Below, piece by piece: positions 28,571-39,203 of a stretch of 64,000 nt of DNA. The stretch is from NCBI GenBank assembly GCA_964532925.1, contig CAZHIP010000001.1, positions 11,227 to 75,226 on the forward strand. Direction: 5' to 3'. The notes beneath the pieces were generated by a model that was not told the origin of the DNA, searched no databases, and saw only the letters and a program-made list of their open reading frames with translations. The position numbers and the translations under genes were made by a program. Position 1 is the first letter of the stretch; each line of letters begins with the position of its first letter. The stretch is from an uncultured Gammaproteobacteria bacterium (GTDB taxonomy: Bacteria; Patescibacteriota; Patescibacteriia; GWA2-47-26).

Positions 28571-31432
28571 TTACAACAGCTTCTTCAAATATTGTCCGGT
28601 GATGGATTGTTTTACTTTGGCAACATCTTTTGGTGTGCCAGCCGCAACAATCTCACCGCCCTTACCACCACCTTCAGGACCAAGATCAATGATCCAGTCG
28701 GCAGTACGGGCAACGTCGAGGTTGTGTTCAATCACGAGCACGGTGTTTCCTTTGTCGACGAGCTGATGGAGAACTTTTAAGAGATGGTGAGTGTCTTCAA
28801 AGTGAAGGCCGGTAGTTGGCTCATCAAGAATGTAGATGGTTTTACCGGTAGCGCGACGACCAAGTTCGGTGGCGAGCTTCACGCGCTGAGCTTCACCGCC
28901 AGAGAGGTGTGGCGCAGGTTGGCCAAGCTTCATGTAGCCAAGACCAACTTCTTCGAGCACGTGGAGTTTTTCGGAAAGCAGTGGTACGTCTTTGAAAAAC
29001 ACCGAGGCGTCAGAAACGGACATATCAAGAATCTGCGCAATGTTCATGCCATGATAATGGATCTCGAGGATCTCTCGGCGATAGCGCGTACCTGAACACT
29101 CGGAACATTCAACGTAGGTCTCGGGCAAGAACTGCATGGGGATGCGAACATAGCCTTCGCCAGCGCAGTTTTCGCAACGACCACCTTTGACGTTGAAGCT
29201 AAACGCGCCAGCGTCAAAACCGCGCAATCGTGCTTCGGGGATTTCGGTAAACAAGTCACGGATGACGGTGAAGATACCTGTGTAGGTTGCGGGGTTTGAG
29301 CGTGGTGTGCGGCCAATCGGAGACTGGTCAACGGTGATGACTTTGTCGACGTGATCCATGCCTTTGATTTCTTTGTGTTCGGCGGGGAGCTCTTTTGATC
29401 CGTAGAGTTTGTGGGAAAGTGCGTTGGCCAAGATGTCGAGAATCAAACTCGACTTACCCGAACCAGACACGCCGGTGACACAGACAAACTGACCAAGCGG
29501 GATTTTTGCCGTGACGTTCTTTAGGTTAAACGCTTTGGCGCCAATGATTTCGATATATTTGCCGGTGCCTTTGCGCATCGACTTTGGTGCTTCAATCTTT
29601 TTTTTGCCAGAGAGATATTGTGCCGTCAAACCTTTGCCTTTTCTGATGACCTCGGATGGTGTACCGGCTGCAATCACTTCGCCGCCGCCTTTGCCAGCAA
29701 GGGGACCCATGTCGATAAGGTAGTCAGCCTCGCGCATCACGCGGGCATCGTGCTCAACGGTGATGACCGTGTTGCCATTGTCGCGGAGTCGGCCAAGAAG
29801 TGTGATGAGTTTTTCGGTATCGCGTTCGTGGAGTCCGACAGTTGGTTCATCAAGCACGTAGATGACGCCAGACAGTGGGGTGCCAAGCTGCATGGCGAGT
29901 CGCACCCGCTCACCTTCACCACCGGAAAGCGTTGGGGATGAACGAGCGAGGGAGAGGTAGTCGAGACCAACGTCGATGAGGTAGCTCAAGCGGTTGAGAA
30001 TTTCTTGGGTCACGGCTTTGGCCACGGCTTTGGCAGTGGCTGAGAGATTTGAGCTCGTGGCTGTCATGTGCTTGGTAAACACAGCAACCTCGGGCAGGGT
30101 TAGTTCGGCAACATCGGCAATGGTTTTTCCCGCAATCGTCACCGAGAGTGCGCGCGGGTTTAATCGTTTGCCAATGCATTCGGGGCATTGCACTTTGCGC
30201 ATGGCATTTTCGATTTCTTTCCTAATGAAGTCAGAATCCGTTTCGCGATGACGGCGGACGAGATCGGGGATGACGCCGGCAAAGGTGACAGCGTGCATGC
30301 CGACTTTGTACGTTTCATCACCCGTGCCAAAGAGGATTTTGTCCTGGGCTTTTTTGGAGATTTTATCGAATGGGGTCGTCGTGGTGAACCCGTATTTTTT
30401 GCCAACTGCTTCGAGGAGTTGTAAATGCGTTGACTGGTTGGTGTTGATGCGGACCCATGGGCGAATAGCGCCTTCGGCGAGCGTGAGTCGGACGTTCGGA
30501 ATCAAGAGTTCAGCGTCGATCAACATACGGTCGCCCAAGCCATCGCACGACGAACACGCACCGCGGGGAGAGTTGAATGAAAAGTCGTTCGGTTCGAATC
30601 GACCAACGCGCTTGTGGCACTTGGGGCAAAAGAGATCTTTTGAGAGTGGTTGTTCCGTGGTGCCATGCAATGCAAAAATCGTACCATCACCCAGTTCGAG
30701 TGCCGTGAGTATTACGTCGCGTACGCGCAGCATGTCTGTTTTGATATCGTCGGGTGCAATCGTGCCCATGTCGATATCGAGGGTGGTAATAGGGAAGTGG
30801 TCGGGGTTTGCTTCGATTTCGGCAAGGGTTACCCGAGTCCCATTGACGCGCAGTTTTATAAACCCTGCTTTTTTGAGACGTTCCTTAAAGTCCACTTCTG
30901 CTTCTTTGCCCGGGTAGATGATGGGCGCAAAAATGGTGACTGGTTCTTTTTTGGCAAGAGAAAAAATGATCTCAATAATTTCTTCGGGTGCGCGGCGGAT
31001 GAGCTCTGTGCCACAGCTTTCGCAATGGGCAATACCAGCGCGCGCAAAGAGAAGGCGGAGGTAATCGGTGATTTCGGTCACGGTGCCGACGGTTGAGCGC
31101 GGGTTTTCGAATACCTGTTTTTGCTCAATCGCAATGGTTGGAGTGAGCCCGCGAATCTCGTCGACATCTGGTTTGTCGTGGAGCTCGAACATGTGTTTGG
31201 CGCCACCAGAAAGCGATTCAAAAAAACGCCGCTGACCTTCGGCAAAAATAGTGTCGAATGCAAGCGACGATTTTCCTGATCCCGATAGCCCGGTGATAAC
31301 CGTGAGCTTGTATTTGGGGATCGTGATGTCGATGTTTTTGAGGTTGTGGGCACGCGCACCCTTAATGACAAGATTATCGTTGTCGATCTTCTGTTTTGGG
31401 GCGCGTTTTGAGGCAGTTCGTTTGGTAGTCAT
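28571..31432 (-). CDS. uvrA: excinuclease ABC subunit A
   Basis: Two ABC ATPase modules ([10 protein letters not shown] and [10 protein letters not shown] Walker A sites) and zinc-finger Cys clusters; 953 aa. Confidence 0.95.
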   Translation of the reverse strand: MTTKRTASKRAPKQKIDNDNLVIKGARAHNLKNIDITIPKYKLTVITGLSGSGKSSLAFDTIFAEGQRRFFESLSGGAKHMFELHDKPDVDEIRGLTPTIAIEQKQVFENPRSTVGTVTEITDYLRLLFARAGIAHCESCGTELIRRAPEEIIEIIFSLAKKEPVTIFAPIIYPGKEAEVDFKERLKKAGFIKLRVNGTRVTLAEIEANPDHFPITTLDIDMGTIAPDDIKTDMLRVRDVILTALELGDGTIFALHGTTEQPLSKDLFCPKCHKRVGRFEPNDFSFNSPRGACSSCDGLGDRMLIDAELLIPNVRLTLAEGAIRPWVRINTNQSTHLQLLEAVGKKYGFTTTTPFDKISKKAQDKILFGTGDETYKVGMHAVTFAGVIPDLVRRHRETDSDFIRKEIENAMRKVQCPECIGKRLNPRALSVTIAGKTIADVAELTLPEVAVFTKHMTATSSNLSATAKAVAKAVTQEILNRLSYLIDVGLDYLSLARSSPTLSGGEGERVRLAMQLGTPLSGVIYVLDEPTVGLHERDTEKLITLLGRLRDNGNTVITVEHDARVMREADYLIDMGPLAGKGGGEVIAAGTPSEVIRKGKGLTAQYLSGKKKIEAPKSMRKGTGKYIEIIGAKAFNLKNVTAKIPLGQFVCVTGVSGSGKSSLILDILANALSHKLYGSKELPAEHKEIKGMDHVDKVITVDQSPIGRTPRSNPATYTGIFTVIRDLFTEIPEARLRGFDAGAFSFNVKGGRCENCAGEGYVRIPMQFLPETYVECSECSGTRYRREILEIHYHGMNIAQILDMSVSDASVFFKDVPLLSEKLHVLEEVGLGYMKLGQPAPHLSGGEAQRVKLATELGRRATGKTIYILDEPTTGLHFEDTHHLLKVLHQLVDKGNTVLVIEHNLDVARTADWIIDLGPEGGGKGGEIVAAGTPKDVAKVKQSITGQYLKKLL

Positions 31433-31461
31433 CTACTGGATGGCTAAGAATCAACGAACCG

Positions 31462-31490
31462 AGTATACACGGGAAACAAGAAAGGTTCAA
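31462..31490 (-). promoter_or_regulatory. putative uvrA promoter
   Basis: Minus strand TTGAAC, 17 nt, TATACT, lying in the 75-nt gap upstream of uvrA. Confidence 0.4.
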
Positions 31491-31506
31491 GGGTTTGGCC
31501 TAATTT

Positions 31507-33069
31507 CTATTTGCAACGTTTTTTGTTGCATGCAGTAGTGCATTGGCGGTCTGCATTACAAGGGGTGCTGCCACAACTCATACTGCGACCATCCAGGCGC
31601 ATACCCTCATTGCTATCATTGCACGCACTCGAGCAGTCAGAGTCTTTATCACACAGACCGCCTCTTGGAATTTTTGTTGCCTCTAAATCAGGTCTACAGT
31701 AATTTGATGAAAGGACTCGTGTGATGCATGAGTTTCCGGAACAGCACTCGATACTATTATTATCACTGCCACAGGCTACACCGGCTGCTGCACAGTTAGT
31801 TTCGGCTCCATTTGGGGTTGACGTAGTGATGCATTTGTTGTCGATGCATTGCTGGCTGGTGGGATTAGGGCAAGGTAGGCTTGCACTGCAAGTAGTAGGT
31901 TTCCATGTGCATTTGCGATCGCCATATGTACACATTCCATCTGCGCCGGAATACGCCATACAATCAGTTGGGTTCGGGTCGTTGCTCAGCGCTTGGCAAC
32001 GAGCGGCATCACCAGGTCCGCGATCGTATCGGTGAACGCGGTCGTCTCCGGTGCATTGGCAACATACATTTACTTTTGTTGCATCAGCGAGACAGGCTGC
32101 GCGCTGCTGTTCTTTTTTTGCAGCGTCCGCGGGGGTTGCTGATGCTGTCTGTGCCCATGTGCAAGGATCAAGCACTGCATGATTTAAATACCCCGCAGCA
32201 CCACATCGAGAGGCACACGATGTTCCGCTGGGTCGTGGAACTTCGATGTAATATCTTTGGCCATTATATTGGTAACCACTCTCGAGGGCGAGGGGATCTG
32301 CGGCGGGTTGTGCCGCTTCACGGCTTCGATCGGAGTATGGATCACGTGCCGCCAATGCTGCACATGGGTTTTTGCACGAACAACATCCAGCACCATTTTC
32401 CACTTGGTAGGCAATTATTTTGTCAGCTCCTCCACATTGCAGTGCGCAGGCGGCTCGATCCGCCGGACCATTCGCTGTAGCAGTGAGTTCCGATAAACCA
32501 ATAGTGCATCGTTCACTTTTGGCGGGCATTTCTTCCTGTCGAATCAGCTTGATCGGTGCCATCTGTAGGCTTAGGAGCGCGGGGTTGATGGTATAAAGGA
32601 TGGTGTATGAACCAAGTGCAAGCACGAGCCCGATGAGCGCATTCATTATCTTTTCTCGGGAGTGTTTAATCTTCCCGCTATCTCCAGCGGCAGTAAGCCA
32701 TTCAAAGCCAGCAATCACAATCATGATGCCCGCGAGTATTCCTGCTGACCCGATGAGGAATTTATAAATGATAACAATATAGTTTTGCAGGCCGGTGATT
32801 TCGGTAAGTCCAGCGAGGGGGGTGTTGAGTTTTACGGGAGGTGGGGAGGAAATGCAATTATATGTATAGGGAACAAAAGATTTGCATTCTTGGCTCGCAA
32901 CGGCAAAGCTATTTTTGTACTTTCCGGTGGCACACTCGTCTTGTTTGAAGCATTGTTGGGGAGGAGTTTGGGGGGTGGCTGGTTGTGATTGGGCGAATAC
33001 TTGAGGGGTTGCGCTATTAAAAAGAATGACGACGAGTGCCAGAATGAGAGCGGATTTTCTAAAGCGCAT
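31507..33069 (-). CDS. secreted or membrane-anchored cysteine-rich protein (~40 Cys) with a VirB2/TrbC-like two-helix module
   Basis: Signal peptide. Residues ~85-165 ([36 protein letters not shown]...[17 protein letters not shown]) form a two-TM pilin-like pattern, followed by ~345 aa with CC, CxC and CxxxC clusters. Translationally coupled to the upstream dsbA-like gene. Confidence 0.55.
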   Translation of the reverse strand: MRFRKSALILALVVILFNSATPQVFAQSQPATPQTPPQQCFKQDECATGKYKNSFAVASQECKSFVPYTYNCISSPPPVKLNTPLAGLTEITGLQNYIVIIYKFLIGSAGILAGIMIVIAGFEWLTAAGDSGKIKHSREKIMNALIGLVLALGSYTILYTINPALLSLQMAPIKLIRQEEMPAKSERCTIGLSELTATANGPADRAACALQCGGADKIIAYQVENGAGCCSCKNPCAALAARDPYSDRSREAAQPAADPLALESGYQYNGQRYYIEVPRPSGTSCASRCGAAGYLNHAVLDPCTWAQTASATPADAAKKEQQRAACLADATKVNVCCQCTGDDRVHRYDRGPGDAARCQALSNDPNPTDCMAYSGADGMCTYGDRKCTWKPTTCSASLPCPNPTSQQCIDNKCITTSTPNGAETNCAAAGVACGSDNNSIECCSGNSCITRVLSSNYCRPDLEATKIPRGGLCDKDSDCSSACNDSNEGMRLDGRSMSCGSTPCNADRQCTTACNKKRCK

Positions 33070-33071
33070 AT

Positions 33072-33869
33072 TTATTTACTGTTCGTAAGCAGTTTCTCGA
33101 ACAAGTCCGATGGAATCGCTCCTTCAACTTTGTTGCCGTTGATAAAAAATGTTGGGGTGCCCGCAACACCAGCTTCGGTGCCAACAGTAGTGTCGGTAGC
33201 AACTTCTTTTTTTGTGGTGGGATCAATAAGGCAGAGTTGGAACGCATTTACATTGAGCCCGATTTGGTTGGCATACGCCTGGAGGTCGGTAGCGGAGAGC
33301 TTGTCTTGGCTACCAAAGACTTTGTCATGCATCTGCCAGAAACGGTTTTGCTTGTTTGCACACGAAAGCGCAAGTGCGGCGCGTGTTGCATTCGGGTGAA
33401 TGTCGTTTAGGGGAAAGTCTTTAAAGACAAAATGGAACTTGTCGGGATACGCGAGCATGGCTTTTCGAAGGGTTTGGGAGAACGCGGCAGAGTAGGGGCA
33501 CTGTGCATCAGCAAATTCAATTATCTGAATAGGTGCGGTTGGCTCACCAAAGGTAGGGTCACCATCAGTATCGGCGATTTTGGCGATGAGTTCTGTTGAT
33601 ATCGCGGTGGTGCGTGGTAGACTTGATGAGCGAGTAAAGCCACTCGTGGTGGTGACGCCGGTGATGGTATCGCCACGACGAATTTTAACCGTATAAAAGC
33701 CCACAAGGACAATAAACGCCACCACACAAGAGGCCATGAATCCGACTAAAACACCGAGGAAAACACGCGCAGTTCGGCTCATAAAAATCTCGGGTTTGGC
33801 TTGACAAATAAGTGCTTGTAGTATATCATAATTTACTACATTGGTGTGCGCTTCGCTTGGAGCTTTCAT
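33072..33869 (-). CDS. membrane-anchored DsbA-family thioredoxin-fold oxidoreductase (CPYS active-site variant)
   Basis: N-terminal TM helix, active site AQCPYSAAF, and a cis-Pro motif GTPTFFING. Start ambiguous (ATG at 33869 or 33782). Confidence 0.6.
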   Translation of the reverse strand: MKAPSEAHTNVVNYDILQALICQAKPEIFMSRTARVFLGVLVGFMASCVVAFIVLVGFYTVKIRRGDTITGVTTTSGFTRSSSLPRTTAISTELIAKIADTDGDPTFGEPTAPIQIIEFADAQCPYSAAFSQTLRKAMLAYPDKFHFVFKDFPLNDIHPNATRAALALSCANKQNRFWQMHDKVFGSQDKLSATDLQAYANQIGLNVNAFQLCLIDPTTKKEVATDTTVGTEAGVAGTPTFFINGNKVEGAIPSDLFEKLLTNSK

Positions 33870-34050
33870 TTGAGACGAACTCTCGCTTCCCTCTATATGT
33901 CAGAGGCGTTTCTCAAAAATAGAATAAGTCAGTTTGAACGCCGGGCAAAGAAGCGGAGTCCTTCGATGCGCATGAGCGGAAAGGGTACCAAGCGGTTATT
34001 GGCACATATAATGAAGAAAAGTAAATAATACGATTTGGTTATCTGATACT

Positions 34051-34269
34051 ATGAAACAAGCACTCTCGATCATTCAAGTAGTCTCAGCCATTGTTCTCGT
34101 CATCAGCGTGCTCATGCAGCAACGCGGTTCTGGCCTTGGTGGTGTATTTGGAGGTGATGGTGGTGTGTATCGCACCAAGCGCGGTATCGAAAAGGGTCTC
34201 CTCTATATTTCAATCATTGCATCCATCTTGTTCTTGGGTTCACTGGCAGCAACTTTCATTCTTGGTTAA
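34051..34269 (+). CDS. secG: preprotein translocase subunit SecG
   Basis: 72 aa with two TM helices and a Gly-rich loop (LMQQRGSGLGGVFGGDGG). Confidence 0.7.
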   Translation: MKQALSIIQVVSAIVLVISVLMQQRGSGLGGVFGGDGGVYRTKRGIEKGLLYISIIASILFLGSLAATFILG

Positions 34270-34287
34270 TTTTGACCGTTACCTCAC

Positions 34288-36015
34288 ATGGAGCCATCAT
34301 GGTTCTTTGGCCGGATTCGTCAAAAGTTGACGATAGCGGTAAAAAAACAAGGAGTACAGCTTGATAAAAAGCTGGTCTTTAAGAAAAACGAGCGCACGCT
34401 ACCAACTGTGGCACAGTGGCGCCGCTTGCCCCAGCTTCTTTCGCAAAAAGAACGGCGGATTCTTGGTGTCTTGGTGCTTGTCTTTGCTGTTTCTGGCGCT
34501 GTTGCCTTCTTTGGTTTTACGGGCGGAAGATTTGCGCTCGCGCCTGCCGAGGGTGGTCGCTGGATTGAAGGAGCAGTGGGTGCCCCGCGACTCGTAAACC
34601 CGATGTTAGCAACCCGCGATGTTGATCGCGATATCACGAAGCTCGTGTATTCAGGGCTCATGCGCGAAACTACTGATGGTATATATGTACCAGATGTAGC
34701 CGAACGTGTCGTCGTTAGCCCTGATTCCACGCGGTATACTGTTACGGTGCGGCAAAATGTTTTATTTCATGATGGCGAACCATTAACGGTAAAGGATGTT
34801 CTTTTCACCTATCATGCAATCCAAGATGCGGCATGGCATTCGCCCTATTGGAAGAGTCTGAAAGATGCGCAGATTACCGCGAGCGACGATACCACCATCG
34901 TATTTGCTTTGGGTAAGTCGTTTCCGGCATTCGAATCGTTGCTGGGGATTGGTATTTTGCCAGAACATTTATGGAAAAATGTTTTGCCAGAGCAAGCTCC
35001 GTATGCAGTTTGGAATGTAAAACCAGTAGGGACTGGTCCGTTCCAGTTTGAGTCGATTGAACGTCAGCAATCTGGCGAAATCACTGCCATGGATTTAAAT
35101 CGAAACGAAGCTTTTTATGAGCGTCGTCCTTATTTGGACCATGTCACGGTGCGTTTTTACGGTGACTTGCCTAGTGCGATCGCAGCGCTATCGGATGGTC
35201 GTGTACAGGGAGTATTTGTTCCTGCACGCCACACCGACACGGAATTCCCCGAAAAGCGATTCCGTTCTACTGCATTTGAGACGCCACAAGTAGTAACCCT
35301 GTACTTCAATGCAAAAGAAACGGGGCTTACGAGTGTTGTACGCGAGGCATTATCGCGCGCAATTGATCGCAAGGGGATTGTCGAGAAACTGAAAGGCGGC
35401 GCCACGGAAAGTTTTTCACCCGTACCGACAGTGCTTGATGGTCCAGCTGGTCCTCTCTATGTGTATGACAAAGAAGAGGCAAAGGCTGCAATTCTTAAAC
35501 TCAAGGCTCCGGTAACGTTTACCTTGCTTGCCCCAGCGGATCCGTTTTATCACGACATTACCGAAGCATTAAAACAGTCATATACTGAGATCGGTGTTAC
35601 GCTCAACGTGAGCGAGCTCGACAGCCAAGACTTTGTCCAGGCGGTCCGTGGTCGTTCATATGACTTGTTGTTGTGGAGTAATCTTATGCCGTATGGTATT
35701 GATTTGTACCCATATTGGCATTCGAGTCAGATTGAGGATCCTGGATTGAATTTTGCGGGATACCGCAATCGTAAGGTAGACACGTTGCTCGAAAAGTTGC
35801 GTGGTTCACTGGATGGAGCCGAACGGGTAACTGCCTATGCTGACATTAGCAAAATGTTGCGCGATGAATTGCCTGCAATTTTCTTAGTCAGTCCCAAACC
35901 ACAGTATATTACCGTGCGTCGTTTGCATGCGGATATGGCAAAAATTGCCCAATTCCCCTCGAGTCGCTTTGACTCTGTACGAGACTGGTACGTAAAACAA
36001 CGCATTGCTTGGTAA
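34288..36015 (+). CDS. ABC transporter substrate-binding protein, family 5 (oligopeptide/nickel-type), membrane-anchored
   Basis: N-terminal TM helix; size and segments such as LFHDGEPLTVKDVLFTYH fit family-5 SBPs. Confidence 0.55.
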   Translation: MEPSWFFGRIRQKLTIAVKKQGVQLDKKLVFKKNERTLPTVAQWRRLPQLLSQKERRILGVLVLVFAVSGAVAFFGFTGGRFALAPAEGGRWIEGAVGAPRLVNPMLATRDVDRDITKLVYSGLMRETTDGIYVPDVAERVVVSPDSTRYTVTVRQNVLFHDGEPLTVKDVLFTYHAIQDAAWHSPYWKSLKDAQITASDDTTIVFALGKSFPAFESLLGIGILPEHLWKNVLPEQAPYAVWNVKPVGTGPFQFESIERQQSGEITAMDLNRNEAFYERRPYLDHVTVRFYGDLPSAIAALSDGRVQGVFVPARHTDTEFPEKRFRSTAFETPQVVTLYFNAKETGLTSVVREALSRAIDRKGIVEKLKGGATESFSPVPTVLDGPAGPLYVYDKEEAKAAILKLKAPVTFTLLAPADPFYHDITEALKQSYTEIGVTLNVSELDSQDFVQAVRGRSYDLLLWSNLMPYGIDLYPYWHSSQIEDPGLNFAGYRNRKVDTLLEKLRGSLDGAERVTAYADISKMLRDELPAIFLVSPKPQYITVRRLHADMAKIAQFPSSRFDSVRDWYVKQRIAW

Positions 36016-36044
36016 GACGGTGGACTGCCTACTTTCGTGGGTAT

Positions 36045-36130
36045 GCCCGGATGGCGAAATGGCAGACGCACTAGCTTCAGGAGCTAGCGGGAGCAATCCC
36101 ATGGGAGTTCAAGTCTCCCTCCGGGCACCA
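36045..36130 (+). tRNA. tRNA-Leu (anticodon CAG), CCA encoded
   Basis: GCCCGGA acceptor stem, anticodon loop TTCAGGA, long variable arm, T-loop TTCAAGT, 3' ACCA. Confidence 0.9.
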
Positions 36131-36277
36131 TAGAATATGTAAAAAAGAGACGCTGTTTATTGTTGGTTGCCTGTTATATCTATCTGTAATTGATAATGCG
36201 CAACCAATAGCGAATAGCCTCGACATGCCAATAGGTAGTCTGTAGCTTTTTAATTACTCGCTTAATTCAACTATCGT

Positions 36278-38200
36278 ATGACTGAAGAATCAGCACGAAA
36301 TCGACCGTCTCGCCCGCCTGTCCGCGAGGCAAATCGCGAAGGCTCGCCTACAAGCCCGGCAGGTACCACTGCTCGACCAGCAGGTCAGCCACCTCGTCGT
36401 CGCAATTTCCGCGATCGACCAACCTCGACACCGCGCTCTCCTATGCGTTCGCCGAGTGGTCACGTAGGACAACTTAACTCAACTCAGGTAGCAGATCCGT
36501 CAGCAGTCGTATCTTCGGCATATGACTCGAGCGGTAAGCCAAAGCTTCGCGTGTATGCGCTGGGCGGTCTCGAAGAAGTTGGCCGTAACTGTACCGTGTT
36601 CGAATGCGGTGATGACATTGTCATTGTCGATATGGGTATTCAGTTCCCCGAGGAGGATATGCATGGAGTAGATTTTGTTATTCCGAACATCGTCTCACTT
36701 ATCCCCAAGAAAAAAAATATTCGAGGTATCTTGGTGACACACGGTCACTTTGACCACATCGGTGCTATTCCGTATGTGCTCGACCGCTTGGGTAATCCGC
36801 CGATTTTTACGGCACCACTGACCGCTGGCTATATTCGTAAGCGACAAGAGGAGTTCCCGAATTCCCCCAAAGCAAATATTGTTATCGTGAAGCCAAAGAT
36901 GAAAATTGCTCTGGGTAAACATTTTGTATTCGAACCATTCCACCTTACGCACAGCATTATTGACGCGTTTGGTATTGCATTGCAGACACCGTACGGAACC
37001 ATATTGTGCACAGGCGATTTCAAGTTTGACTACACGCCAGTCAATGACACGCCAGCCGATCTCATTCACATTGCATCATACGGTGCTCGCAATCCGCTCA
37101 TGCTGTTGTCTGACTCAACTGACGCGACGTATCCGGGACTGCAAATTTCGGAACACGATGTCATTGACGAACTCCGCAAGGTGTTTGTCCAAGCTCCTGG
37201 ACGCATTATCTTTGGAACCTTTGCCTCGCTCTTAACGCGTATTCAAATCATCATCAGTTTGGCGGAAGAATATGGGCGCAAAGTTCTTATTCAGGGTCGT
37301 TCCATGCATACGAGTCTTGAAATTGCGCACGAGCTGGGTTACATGAAGTACAAAAAAGATACCATCATCGAAGAATCCGACTTTGCACGCATCCCCGAGA
37401 ACAAAGTAATTGTTATCTGTACGGGCGCTCAAGGCCAAAAAAACGCGCAATTGATGCGCATGGCCAACAAAGAGCACCGATTGATTTCTATTAAACCAGG
37501 CGACTCACTGGTCTTTTCCTCCTCGGTGATTCCAGGAAACGAACGCACAATTCAATCATTGAAAGATGTCCTTATTCGTCATGGTGCAAAGATGTACCAT
37601 ACGGATACCATGGATGTTCACGCTGGTGGTCACGGGAAGGCAGAAGACCTTAAGCTCATGATGCGCCTTACGCACCCACGGTACTTTATGCCGATTCACG
37701 GCAATCGATATATGTTGCAGGCTCACGCAGATCTTGCGGCGGATGTTGGTATTCCCAAAGAAAATATTTTTGTCGCAGACAATGGGCAAATTATTGAATT
37801 TGATGATAAAGGTGGGCACCTGACCGAAGAGCGCGTGAATACCGACTATGTCATGGTTGATGGTCTCGGTGTCGGTGACGTGTCCGAAATCGTGCTTCGT
37901 GATCGCCAAATGTTGGCAGAAGACGGTATGTTCGTCGTCATCATGACTATTGATAAAAAGACGGGTCAGATGATTGGCTCGCCAGACATCATCTCTCGTG
38001 GCTTTATCTACTTGAAAGAATCCAAAGAGCTGATTGAGCGCGCACGTGCACGGGTCAAAAAGATTATGAAAGAGGGAGACCGCACGACGCCTGCGTTCGA
38101 AGACTATATTAAGAATAAAGTCAGAAACGACGTCGGCCAGTTCCTCTTCCATGAGACTCGCCGCCGCCCAATGGTATTGCCGGTGTTGATTGAAGTGTAA
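36278..38200 (+). CDS. rnj: ribonuclease J with a ~90-aa Arg/Pro-rich N-terminal extension
   Basis: Metallo-beta-lactamase motif HGHFDHIGA, a beta-CASP region and a C-terminal domain; 640 aa. Confidence 0.85.
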   Translation: MTEESARNRPSRPPVREANREGSPTSPAGTTARPAGQPPRRRNFRDRPTSTPRSPMRSPSGHVGQLNSTQVADPSAVVSSAYDSSGKPKLRVYALGGLEEVGRNCTVFECGDDIVIVDMGIQFPEEDMHGVDFVIPNIVSLIPKKKNIRGILVTHGHFDHIGAIPYVLDRLGNPPIFTAPLTAGYIRKRQEEFPNSPKANIVIVKPKMKIALGKHFVFEPFHLTHSIIDAFGIALQTPYGTILCTGDFKFDYTPVNDTPADLIHIASYGARNPLMLLSDSTDATYPGLQISEHDVIDELRKVFVQAPGRIIFGTFASLLTRIQIIISLAEEYGRKVLIQGRSMHTSLEIAHELGYMKYKKDTIIEESDFARIPENKVIVICTGAQGQKNAQLMRMANKEHRLISIKPGDSLVFSSSVIPGNERTIQSLKDVLIRHGAKMYHTDTMDVHAGGHGKAEDLKLMMRLTHPRYFMPIHGNRYMLQAHADLAADVGIPKENIFVADNGQIIEFDDKGGHLTEERVNTDYVMVDGLGVGDVSEIVLRDRQMLAEDGMFVVIMTIDKKTGQMIGSPDIISRGFIYLKESKELIERARARVKKIMKEGDRTTPAFEDYIKNKVRNDVGQFLFHETRRRPMVLPVLIEV

Positions 38201-38205
38201 AAAGA

Positions 38206-38245
38206 TACAAAAAACAGACCGCTCACGCGGTCTGTTTTTATTTCA
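38206..38245. terminator. bidirectional terminator between rnj and the convergent methyltransferase gene
   Basis: aaacagaccgctcacgcggtctgttt with T-runs on both strands. Confidence 0.6.
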
Positions 38246-39182
38246 AGTAAAACGTCGCACTGTCGCCGTCGGCAGAAGCATTTAAATCACGCGCTTGTTT
38301 TTCAAAGTCGGCGATTTCTTTTTTGGTGAACATTGAGTTGGTGGGATTTTGGCCGTATGAATTTTCTGCCATAAGAGGGATTCCTTTTTGGTATTGGATC
38401 GAGCCCCAGAACTGGAAGGCAGAGGAATCAAAGTGGCCAGATGCAAGCTGTAGCCCTGATTGTTCCGCTAATTTTTTAAAGCCATCAACCGTTGGAATCC
38501 AAAGATGTCGCGGTGCATCAAGCTGGACCCAATCGGCACCAAAGGTTTTAAATGCGCGTGTTCCCGTAATAGGGAGGCGGACAATAATGGTTCCGTTTGT
38601 GCTGAGCAATTTTTGTGCTCGGGTTAAAACGGTTGTTGGATTGGGAACGTGCTCGAGTGAATGATCAAAAATAATGACATCAAACTCACCACTGGTTGCA
38701 AAGATATCTTGCTTCAACAGGTTCACCACGCCAACGGTTTTACTTGTCGTTATAAAAGGATCAATGCCTGTGAGATTTTCCAAGCCGTCACTAGCCAAGC
38801 TAACGAGCAAGTGTCCGGCACCGCAACCCACATCTAAAACGCGCGCAGTCTCATCGATGTGGGCCGGATGGAGCCATGTGTAATAGTTGGGGAGTGGAAG
38901 GCCGAGTGACGGCGCATGTCCAAATAAGTAGAGTTCGGCAAGGAATCGCTTGATGAATTTTTTAATACCAGTCAGCGCACGTGGCGTTTCAAACGAGTAG
39001 TAGTCACGTGGGTAAAACGACCCCAAATTTTCGGGGATTGTTTCGAGTGTCAGGCTGCCACAGGCTCCACATTCGCCATAGGTACATGACCCACCAAGTC
39101 CATACATTTGTTCTTGGGCTACAATAGTTTGGCTGGTTGTAGTATTCCCGCAGGCTTTGCAGGCAGAGGTGATTCCTTGCAT
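38238..39182 (-). CDS. class I SAM-dependent methyltransferase with an N-terminal CxxC...CxxC zinc ribbon
   Basis: LDVGCGAGHLL motif I; N-terminal SACKAC...CTYGECGAC. Start at 39182 is uncertain (alternative ATG at 39107); the ORF track's 39395 start would overlap trpS. Confidence 0.5.
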   Translation of the reverse strand: MQGITSACKACGNTTTSQTIVAQEQMYGLGGSCTYGECGACGSLTLETIPENLGSFYPRDYYSFETPRALTGIKKFIKRFLAELYLFGHAPSLGLPLPNYYTWLHPAHIDETARVLDVGCGAGHLLVSLASDGLENLTGIDPFITTSKTVGVVNLLKQDIFATSGEFDVIIFDHSLEHVPNPTTVLTRAQKLLSTNGTIIVRLPITGTRAFKTFGADWVQLDAPRHLWIPTVDGFKKLAEQSGLQLASGHFDSSAFQFWGSIQYQKGIPLMAENSYGQNPTNSMFTKKEIADFEKQARDLNASADGDSATFYLK

Positions 39183-39203
39183 AGTATTGGCAGGTATCCT
39201 ATC

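Noticed and set aside
28571-31432. Multiple 60-215-aa ORFs on the plus strand opposite uvrA, and similarly opposite ileS, leuS, ftsK and infB
   Set aside because: They are antisense to long genes with unmistakable conserved motifs and have no independent start signals or motifs, so they are shadow ORFs.
39183-39203. A 21-bp divergent intergenic region between the Zn-ribbon methyltransferase and trpS, as a shared regulatory site
   Set aside because: It is too short to hold two promoters. At least one start codon is probably mis-set (alternatives at 39107 for the methyltransferase and 39231 for trpS), so no regulatory feature is claimed.
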